A stretch of DNA of 63,394 bases, filler included, from Anaerolineae bacterium (GTDB lineage Bacteria; Chloroflexota; Anaerolineae; Epilineales; Epilineaceae): the NCBI GenBank assembly GCA_029262755.1. It is 6 parts of 6 records of this genome, joined end to end, with 100 filler letters (N's around TTAATTAATTAA, not from the genome) between each part and the next. Parts side by side here need not be neighbours in the genome. Positions count along the whole stretch, not along the records: positions 27,267 to 41,834 come from JAJCYU010000230.1; positions 41,935 to 49,844 come from JAJCYU010000231.1; 4 more parts are not named here. The stretch is one strand, 5' to 3'. Positions 37,910-46,029 of the stretch are shown in pieces (position 1 is the first letter of the stretch; each line of letters opens with the position of its first letter). Both the position numbers and the translations under genes were made by a program. Under the pieces are notes generated by a model. That model was not told the DNA's origin. It saw only the letters and a program-made list of their open reading frames with translations, and ran no database searches.

Positions 37910-40429
37910 CTACTCGTAGCTGAGCACCTCGCGAACGCTCACCCGCGACGCATTCCATGCCGGCAGGGTGCTTGCCAAGAGGGAGAGGATCACGACGGCG
38001 ACGAGCCAGCCGATCGCACCCGTCGCAGAGAAGGTCCACACGAGCGGCACTTGGAGCAGCGTCATGCCGATCGCCTTGCCCAGGACCCAAGCCAAGGGAA
38101 CCGCGAAAGCAAGCCCGAGAATCCAACTCGTGAGCCCGATGGCGAGGCCTTCCACGAGGACAATACGCAACACGGCGCTCGTCGAGGCTCCGATCGAGCG
38201 CATGACCCCGATCTCCCGCGTGCGTTCCAGCACGTTGAGGCTCATCGTGCCGGCTAGCCCCAGACCGCCGATCACGGCAAGCAAGCCGCTCACCGCAAGC
38301 ATCAGGGCGATGATGCCGCTAAAGAGCGCCGTGGCTTCGCGCCGCTCCGTGGCGATCACCGAGACCATCATGACGCGCGAGCCCGTGGACTGCAGTTGGT
38401 CCTCCACGGCTCGAGCCATGCGGCTTTGGGCCTCCTCGTCGGCCGGTTCGGTGACGATCATCACGGAGGCGGAGCGCCCGGCGTTGCGCGTTACGCGCGT
38501 GAAATGCGGATAGTTGACGTACACCATCGCGCTCGGAATCGGCGATTGGGTGACCCCGACGATCGTCCAATCCGAGTCGCGGCCCCACATGCGCAGCGTA
38601 ATCGAGCCCCCTAGGTCCAGACCCGGGCGGTTCTTGAGCACCTCCGTGGTCACAACCGCCGCCGCCTCGTCCTCTGCAAGGAGCCAGCGTCCCCGGACGA
38701 TCGTGGGCTCGAGCAGCTCCGTCTCGGCCGGGGGTGCAAAGACCATGGTCGGCAGGATGAAGCCGAACAACGAATCGCCAAGCCCCTGCTCGCCTTGGTC
38801 GATGATGCGCGCCGAGACGAATCCCCAGCCCTCCGCCCCCGTGACTCCGGGCACCTGGTTGACCGCCGCCAACATCTGGTCGGTGCGGCTTGGCTCCTCC
38901 AACATCGCCCAGAGATCGTAATTCCACAGGGCGAGCAGGCTGTCCATGCTCTCCTCGAGCCCCTCCCGGACGCTCATGATCGCCATGAAGATGCCGCCGG
39001 CGAGGGTGAGGGTGGTCAGCGTGAGGGCCAGGCGCATCTTGCGTCGGATCGTGTTGCGCAGCGCAAGCCGGATGGGGCGACCGAGCCAGGGAAAAACCCG
39101 CTCGATGATCCATTCCGCCAGCCGATCCAGCCGTCCGGCGCCGTAGCGCCCCGTGCCGAGCCCGTAGCTGGCCACGGCGCGGTGCACCGTGAGGCGCGTC
39201 GCGCGCATGAGCGGTCCGGCGGCCGCAATCAGGGGGACGATGAGGGCGACGCCTGTCTCCATGCCGAGCACCCAGCCCGGAGGTCGTGCGCTGGCGAGGT
39301 CGATGTTCAAGAAGCCGGCGATCACACCGGTAAACACCCGCGTGCCGAGCAACCCGAGCGGCAGCGCAATGGCCAGCGCCAAGACGCCGTAGGCCAAGAC
39401 GAGGGCGAAGTAGATGCCGGCCACCTGCCCGCCGCGTGCTCCGATGGACTTCATGATGCCGATCTGGCGGACCTCTTGCGTGATGATCGCCGAGACGGTG
39501 TTCGTGACGAGCAGTCCGGACAGCAGCAACGCCAACACTCCGATCGCGCCGAGCAGTAGGAGGATCGCCTGGATCGAGGAATCGAGCGGATGGGTGCCCG
39601 GCCGCGGCACCTGCATGAAGAAGATCGAGCGGCCACCGTCCTCGACGCGTTGTCGCACGTCGGCGGCTACCTGCTCGACATGGGCCAGGTCGTCCGCGTC
39701 TTCCGCGGTGACCACGCGCAGCTCGTTGTAGGTGCGCGGCAGACCAAGCCACGAGAGGGTCTCATAGGTCACGTAGCCGTAGGCGACGCCGTCCAGCGCG
39801 TAGAGCAGGGCGTATTGGTCGTGGGCGGTGCCCGAAAAACGGAGCGTGCGCCGGCGCCCATCCGGCGCCTTGACCACGATCTCGTCACCGATTGCGAGGT
39901 CACCGAGCAACAGGCGTAGGCCGGAGCGTTCGATGAGCAACTCGCGCTCGGCCGGCGGCCAAGCCCCCTCTTGCGGAAAGACGCGGTCGATCCGCATATC
40001 GTCGAAATCGGGAATCGCGATCAGCTGCAGGTCGCGCCACTCGTCCTCGCCCAGCTGCAGCCGCACCAACACGCTGCGCCGACCTTCCGCCTCACCGACC
40101 GCGGGCATCTTGCCGATCGCACGCACGAGCTCGTCGTCGAAGGGCTCGGTGACCGTGATCGTCACGCTCGCGGGACGAATGGCCGCGAAGCCCGCGGAGA
40201 GCTCGCGGGAGATCACCTGACGGGTGCCGGCGATCACGCCGACGCCGAACACCCCGACCGCGATCGACAGGGCCACCAGCACTGTGCGGGTGCGGTAGAC
40301 CGACAGGTCGCGCACGACCTTGCGCAGCCGCAGCGGCACCAGGGAGAGCGGGCCACGGAGCACCCGGCGCTCTCCGCGACGGGCGGTCGCGGGAAGTGGG
40401 GCGGGACCGCGCTCCGGTTTTGCCGTCAT
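37910..40429 (-). CDS. ABC transporter permease, duplicated FtsX/MacB-like
   Basis: Two halves each with SIAVGV / RQIGIMKSIGA and ERTREIGVMRSIGA motifs. Confidence 0.92.
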   Translation of the reverse strand: MTAKPERGPAPLPATARRGERRVLRGPLSLVPLRLRKVVRDLSVYRTRTVLVALSIAVGVFGVGVIAGTRQVISRELSAGFAAIRPASVTITVTEPFDDELVRAIGKMPAVGEAEGRRSVLVRLQLGEDEWRDLQLIAIPDFDDMRIDRVFPQEGAWPPAERELLIERSGLRLLLGDLAIGDEIVVKAPDGRRRTLRFSGTAHDQYALLYALDGVAYGYVTYETLSWLGLPRTYNELRVVTAEDADDLAHVEQVAADVRQRVEDGGRSIFFMQVPRPGTHPLDSSIQAILLLLGAIGVLALLLSGLLVTNTVSAIITQEVRQIGIMKSIGARGGQVAGIYFALVLAYGVLALAIALPLGLLGTRVFTGVIAGFLNIDLASARPPGWVLGMETGVALIVPLIAAAGPLMRATRLTVHRAVASYGLGTGRYGAGRLDRLAEWIIERVFPWLGRPIRLALRNTIRRKMRLALTLTTLTLAGGIFMAIMSVREGLEESMDSLLALWNYDLWAMLEEPSRTDQMLAAVNQVPGVTGAEGWGFVSARIIDQGEQGLGDSLFGFILPTMVFAPPAETELLEPTIVRGRWLLAEDEAAAVVTTEVLKNRPGLDLGGSITLRMWGRDSDWTIVGVTQSPIPSAMVYVNYPHFTRVTRNAGRSASVMIVTEPADEEAQSRMARAVEDQLQSTGSRVMMVSVIATERREATALFSGIIALMLAVSGLLAVIGGLGLAGTMSLNVLERTREIGVMRSIGASTSAVLRIVLVEGLAIGLTSWILGLAFAVPLAWVLGKAIGMTLLQVPLVWTFSATGAIGWLVAVVILSLLASTLPAWNASRVSVREVLSYE

Positions 40430-40627
40430 AGGCTGAGCATAGCACGGTGATCCGCGCCATTACGGGCTTTCGGGCGCCCGGACCCCGTGCTCAACGCGCG
40501 GCGGAGGGCCACTTGATTTGGCGTGGATTCGCAACCGCGGTTCAGGGGTCGCATAGGAAGCCGGTTCGCGGTCGAGTTCACGGTCGAGACTGCGGTCGCA
40601 TGGCAGCGCTGCAGAGTCGGTCGCGCC

Positions 40628-41834
40628 CTACGGTCGGGCTCTTGGACAGAGCGCGATGCCGTCGAGCGATCGACCGGCCAGGAGCTCGAAGTGCTCGCCG
40701 TAGCGCTTCCCGGGGCCGGTGGGTTTGCCGCACGTTGCGTCCACGACCGCCACGGTGCGACCGTTGATCTTCAACGAGATCAGCGCTCCGAGCCGCCCGC
40801 CGTGCTCCGCCGCCAACACGAAGTCTGCTCCAGGCTCAAGCCACCCGTCGAAGAGTTGCCGAGCGTGCCACGTGCCCTTGTCGGCGACGGCGGACACCCG
40901 TGTCGAACGCGGTCCGAGATAGCGCAGGCGCAGCTGGATCAGCCCACCTCGGCACGGTGCGCACGGTTCGGCGGTGGCGGTCGCGATGGGTGTTGCGTTC
41001 CCGCCACGTGGCGTTGCGGTGGCCGTCGGCCCCGCACCGGGTGTACCCGCGCCTGGTGTGCCGACGCCTGGTGTGCCGACGCCCGGTGTGCCTGGCCCAG
41101 GCGTTCCCGGCTCTGGTGTACCTGCGCCCGGTGTTCCGGGACCGGGAGTCCCAGGCGTCCCAGAACCAGGCGTCCCTGCTCCCGGCGTCGCCGCACGTGC
41201 TGTGGCGGTCGCGTCCGACCCTGGATCGACGACGAAGCCGACGTCGGAGTCGAGGTCGATTCGGCCCGGCACGGCACGCAGCACATCCGTGGCGAGCGTC
41301 ACCGGATCCGCGTCGGAGTCGATCGAGTCACGCGCGTTCTCGTCCGCATCCTGCAGCGTCACGCGCAGCCCGTCGAGCGGGCGTCCAAGGCGCATCTCGT
41401 TTGGGTCGACCCGAATGTGGTAGGTGCCCGTGCATAGGTTCGTGAACGCAAACCCGCCGTCCGGCAGCGTCACGCGCAACGCGAGCGGCCCATCGTCGCC
41501 ATCCGGCTCGAAGACGTCGTCGCCATCGGAGGTGTGGAGCAACACGCGAACGCCCCGTATGTACGGCTCGCCCTCTTCCTGCAGCCCGTCCTCATCCAAA
41601 TCGCGCCACAGATTCCCCCCCAACGCCGCGCTACACGGCGAAGGCTCCGCCGTGGGCGTAGGCGTATGGCCGCCGGGCACGCCGGTGCCGTCGCCGGGCG
41701 TTGGCGTTAGCGTATCACCGCCAGGCACGCCGGTACCGTCGCCGGGCGTGGGTGTCGGCGTTTCACCCCCGGGAACGCTGGTGCCGTCACCGGGCGTTGG
41801 CGTTGGCGTATCTCCGCAGGGCACGCCGGTGACG
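40628..41834 (-). CDS. 3' part of a surface protein: Pro/Thr/Gly repeats, SdrD B-like domain, Cys-containing C-terminal domain
   Basis: LGGNLWRDLDEDGLQEEGEP..GVRVLL SdrD-B motif, DSDAD; 5' end lost in gap. Confidence 0.75.
41030..41195 (-). repeat. Coding pentapeptide repeat (GTPGx) x~10
   Basis: ATPGAGTPGSGTPGTPGPGTPGAGTPEPGTPGPGTPGVGTPGVGTPGAG. Confidence 0.85.
41650..41830 (-). repeat. Coding 48-nt (16-aa) tandem repeat x~3.5
   Basis: G(D/E/H)T(P/L)TPTPGDGT(S/G)VPG units. Confidence 0.85.
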
Positions 41835-41934
41835 NNNNNNNNNNNNNNNNNNNNNNNNNNNNNNNNNNNNNNNNNNNNTTAATTAATTAANNNNNNNNNN
41901 NNNNNNNNNNNNNNNNNNNNNNNNNNNNNNNNNN
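41835..41934. other. Artificial contig spacer
   Basis: N-TTAATTAATTAA-N. Confidence 0.98.
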
Positions 41935-43695
41935 CTCGTTGATCACGAGGTCGCCCGTCTCGCCCACCGGCAGCGTGATACCCGCCACCTTGTAGGTCCA
42001 GGCTTGGGTCTGGTTGTAGGCCGGGTGGAAGACCGTACGGCCGTCCAACAGGGTGACGTGCGCGTAGTACGTGACGTCGTCGTTGCGCTCCGCGGCCGGG
42101 ATGACGGCCGACCATAGGCCGCCGGCTTCGGTCATCGGCAACCGCGTCAACGGCCCGCGCTCCACGCGCACGACCAGCTCGACCGACGCCACGGCGTCGC
42201 TGCCCTCGAATTGCAGCGTGATCGGCACGTCGTCCGCGCTGGTGATCGGCGAAGGACCGGTGCCGTGCTCGACCAGCCGGTGGTCCGGCACGGCGAAGTC
42301 GGCGCGCGCGCCCAGCCACGCATGGCGCCGCTCGGCCACCTTCAGGATGCCGGGCGCGGCGCGCCCGCCCCGGCCGCCACCGCCGAGTCGCAGGTCCTCG
42401 CGCACCCCGCGGGTGAAGTCTTCAAACGTGTAGATCTTGTTGGGGTCGTCGCGCACCGCGTCGGCGATCAGGCTCTGGTAGTCGGTGATGGCCGCCTCCA
42501 TTGCTTCCGGCGCGAAGACCTCCTCGAGCAGCGCGCGGTAGTGCGCCACGTAGTCGGCGCGGAATTCCGGCACGGCCAACAGTCGGCGGATCAAGGGGCG
42601 TTCACCGGCCTGGCCGCCCGTGGCCATCAAGAAGGGGTCCGTCGTGGCCACGGCCTCGCTGTCCTCGGGCCGGATGCCGGCGCCGGGGAAGAGGCCGAAG
42701 CTCTCGTTGACGTCCCAGCTGAGGATTCGGAAGCGCCCATCGTCGTCCGGGCGATAGAGGAAGAAGTTGTGGCCCGCGTAGTAGCTGTCGTAGTTGGTAA
42801 AGAGGTTGACGGAGGCCAGATACCACAGCGCGCTGTCGACATCGAGCACGTCGGCAACGGCCGCCGCAAAGTCCGCGTCGCTCACACCGCCCTCCGATTC
42901 CGGCGCGTCCAGCACACGCGCCAGCTCCCGTAGGGCCGTCCATGCCTCGTCCTCGTCGTCGGCGGACTTGAGCTCGTAGGAACTCTGGTAGCCCGCCAGG
43001 TCTTCGCCCTGCCAGCCCAGATTGGAGCGGAAGCTGCCCGGCCGACCGCCGCCCGACGGGGCGTCGCCCTTGAAGAGCATGCCGCTCCCGCCCCCGAACC
43101 ACTCGTCCACGAAGGTGCCCTCGATCTGCTGAACCAAGGTATAGAGCCCGAACAGCTCGCCGTTCGCGAAGACCCGCACGTAGGAAGCCTGCGGCATCGG
43201 CTGCACGGCGCTCAGTCGGGAGAGGGTCATGATCTCGCGCGTGAAGGTGGGGTTCATAAAGCCGCTGTTGAGGTTGAGCGTGTCGTAGCCCCAGAGATCC
43301 TGCCCCTTCACCTCGGCATCCATGGTCACGTTGAGCGGCACCTTGCGCCCGGAGCCCTGCGCCGAGCTGTTGCCCTTGATGCTCAGGCCAACGTCGGCGT
43401 AGGTCTCGCCCTCGAACTCCAGTTCGGCCAGCACGTACTCCCCGTCGGCGATGCGCTGTAACCGCGTCTCCCAATCTGCGTCGGCAAAGGTGAAGTTCAG
43501 ATCGCGCAGCACGGTCTCGTCGAAGAGGGCCGGCTCGTCCTGTAGGGCCGGCGCGGCGAAAGCAGCATCGGCGGAGGCGATCGGGCCGCGAGCGCCGCCC
43601 GCGTGAAGCGGACCTAGCGCTAGGGCGAGCGCCAAGACGAGCACCCATGCACGTCCTGACGTGTGGAATTCGATTCGCTGGGGGCTTGCTGCCAT
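41935..43695 (-). CDS. CotH kinase family secreted protein, lamin-tail domain beginning at the gap (3' truncated)
   Basis: LFDETVLR, VGLSIKGNSS, LNLNS, GLYTLVQQI, NYDSY..HNFFLY, WDVNESFG; ends LVINE. Confidence 0.88.
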
Positions 43696-43771
43696 GTTGA
43701 TTTCTCCGCGTGTCGATAGTCGTTGCCACAGCTTCGGGACCAGGTGCTAGCAAAGTACGGTCAGATTGTAA

Positions 43772-43931
43772 GGGGGCGTCCAATAATAAGATGGCCGAAC
43801 AAAGGGTGCCGAAGCGCCGCTCCAGGGTTCTGATGAGACGAGGTAATAGCGGAGCTATTGCTGAGGAACAGCAGGGCGCTGGTGCGGATGCAGCGGTTCC
43901 CGACTTGGTCAGGTTATTGTTGGACGCCCCC
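43772..43931. mobile_element. 160-bp MITE, copy 2
   Basis: TIRs GGGGGCGTCCAATAATAA / TTATTGTTGGACGCCCCC; TAA direct repeats at 43769-43771 and 43932-43934; 12 substitutions and no indels vs copy 1 by manual alignment. Confidence 0.85.
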
Positions 43932-44075
43932 TAAGAGCCCTGCCACCGTTGCGAAGACCTCATGGCGCCGCCGGTCCGTGAGGTCCCTTGGCCACTCATT
44001 GTGGTGCGCGATATGCTCCGGCGCCCGCCCGTTTCTACGCGTGCGGGTCACACCAACCTTTTGGAGGAACACACC

Positions 44076-44489
44076 ATGGAACGTCAGATTGCGAATCCCT
44101 GGAGTTGGGGCGACGCATGGAGCTTGAATCAGGGCGAGGTCGTCTCCGGCCTCTCCCGCACGCTCCATTGTTCGGGCCAGGTAGCCCTTGTGGAGGATCC
44201 GTCCAGCGAGATGGGCCTCGCCGTGGCCCACGAAGGGGATATGGCCGGACAGATGAAGGTCGCCTTGGCCGGCATCGACGCCATCCTTGAGAAGGCTGGG
44301 ATGACCCGGGCCAACCTGCTCCACCTGCGATTCTTCACCACCGACGTCGATGCCTTCTTGGCCGCCTACGGCGTCTACGCCGAGTGGATAGGCGAGGCCG
44401 GCATCCAGCCGCCGCAGTCGCTGCTTGGAATCAGCCGCCTCGTCATGCCCGAGTTGATGGTCGAGATCGAAGCGGTGGCGGGCGACTGA
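44076..44489 (+). CDS. RidA/YjgF family protein
   Basis: GGAGG RBS; LHCSGQVA, FTTDVD, LGISRLVMPELMVEIEAVA. Confidence 0.88.
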   Translation: MERQIANPWSWGDAWSLNQGEVVSGLSRTLHCSGQVALVEDPSSEMGLAVAHEGDMAGQMKVALAGIDAILEKAGMTRANLLHLRFFTTDVDAFLAAYGVYAEWIGEAGIQPPQSLLGISRLVMPELMVEIEAVAGD

Positions 44490-44564
44490 GGCCGGCCGGT
44501 CATCGAGCGTCCACCCGTCGTCGGACGGCGTTGGGCCAGGTCGCGCGGGCGCCTAGGGCTCGCC

Positions 44565-45269
44565 GTGCTCCTCACGAGCGCGTGCGGCGCGCTGCTCAGC
44601 GCCTGCGGGGCCGGCGAGCCTCCGCCCGATCCCGCGGACATCGCGACGGGGCCCGCCGCGCCGCGCTTCATCACGGCGCCCGTGCACGACCCAAGCGCGT
44701 TTGCGCGCATCTCGCGCTTCCGGTCCGGCGTGGGCCACAGCTATTCCGATGACGCGGAAGACTGCCGCAGCATGAAGCACTACTTCGAACCGCCGATGGA
44801 CACCGACTGGGCGATGGTCGACCTTCGTGCGCCCTTCGATGGGCGCATCACGAAGGTCGCGCCGGAGTGGGCGGGCGACAAGGTCGAGCTGGTGCCCGAC
44901 GCAGCACCGGACTACATCGTGGTCATCTTCCACGTCGCCGACGCGCCGACGCGCATCCGCGAGGGCGCCACGGTCCGCGCCGGCGAACCGCTGGGCCATC
45001 ACATCGGGCCGCAGACGATGCTCGACGTGGCCGTGTGGCACCGCCCGAGCGAGGGACCGCGCCGCCTCATCTCCTACTTCGACGTGCTGGATGACGCCGC
45101 GTTCGCCGGCTTCGAGGCCGCGGGCGTTCCATCGCGGGCGGCGATGGTGATCACGCAGGCGGAACGCGACGCTGCGCCGCTGCGCTGCGAGGTCGATGGG
45201 CGCTTCACCAAGGACCCTCGGCCGCCGGGATCGCCGGCGGACTGGCTCGTGCTGCGCGGGTCGCCGTAG
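44565..45269 (+). CDS. Putative lipoprotein with M23-like barrel-sandwich fold
   Basis: Lipobox LLSA-C; ISRFRSGVGH, LRAPFDGRITKV, IFHV, VRAGEPLG; start uncertain. Confidence 0.65.
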   Translation: MLLTSACGALLSACGAGEPPPDPADIATGPAAPRFITAPVHDPSAFARISRFRSGVGHSYSDDAEDCRSMKHYFEPPMDTDWAMVDLRAPFDGRITKVAPEWAGDKVELVPDAAPDYIVVIFHVADAPTRIREGATVRAGEPLGHHIGPQTMLDVAVWHRPSEGPRRLISYFDVLDDAAFAGFEAAGVPSRAAMVITQAERDAAPLRCEVDGRFTKDPRPPGSPADWLVLRGSP

Positions 45270-45456
45270 CGCGCCGATCGCAAGCGGCGGCGCAAGCGCA
45301 TCGCGACGTCCGCGGCGCGTCGACAACATTGCATGTCCCCTTCCGTGCCCCTCGTGACTCTCCGGAGTGATTCATGGCAGCAGCGAAGCAGCACCTCACA
45401 CCGGAGGTCGCCCTATCGACGCTCTCACGAAGGCAACCGCGCGGACCATCACGCGG

Positions 45457-46029
45457 ATGAGCCCGGCCCGGCGCGATCCATCGCCCACGGCCGACACGCT
45501 CGGCGCGGCGGAGCGATCGGCCCGCTACGACGCGCTCGTCGCAGACCATGCGCCGGCCGTCCTTCGCTACCTCTACGGCGTCGTCGGCTCCCGGCAGGCC
45601 GCCGAGGACTTGGCCCAAGAGACCTACCTGCGGGCATGGGAAAACTTAGATCGGCTGCGTGATCCATCACGAGCCCGCAGCTGGCTCTTCGCGATCGCGG
45701 CCAACACGGCGCGGCGGCACCTCCGGCGGCGCGGCCGCTTCGGCTGGTTGCCGGTCGACGCGCTCCTGCGCAGCGGATCGCACGCACTGCAGGTGGACGG
45801 TCTCGACGCCCCGGCCATCCCTTTGGAGCACGCGCTCGGCACGTTGAGCGCTGCGGACCGGCAGCTCGTGCTCCTGGTTGGACTCGAGGGCTTCACGATC
45901 CGAGAAGCGGCCGACGTCCTCAGCATCTCGCCCGCGGCGGCCAAGAAACGCTGGCAGCGCGCCTGCGTGCGCCTGCGACCGCTGATCGACGCCGCACGTG
46001 CGGACCAGAACTCGGAGACAGGACGATGA
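45457..46029 (+). CDS. ECF sigma factor
   Basis: AAEDLAQETYLRAW, SWLFAIAAN, region 4 FTIREAADVLSIS. Confidence 0.9.
   Translation: MSPARRDPSPTADTLGAAERSARYDALVADHAPAVLRYLYGVVGSRQAAEDLAQETYLRAWENLDRLRDPSRARSWLFAIAANTARRHLRRRGRFGWLPVDALLRSGSHALQVDGLDAPAIPLEHALGTLSAADRQLVLLVGLEGFTIREAADVLSISPAAAKKRWQRACVRLRPLIDAARADQNSETGR

Noticed and set aside
40974..41423. Elastin-like PGVP repeat ORF on the + strand
   Set aside because: Antisense shadow of the GTPG repeat in the SdrD-like gene.
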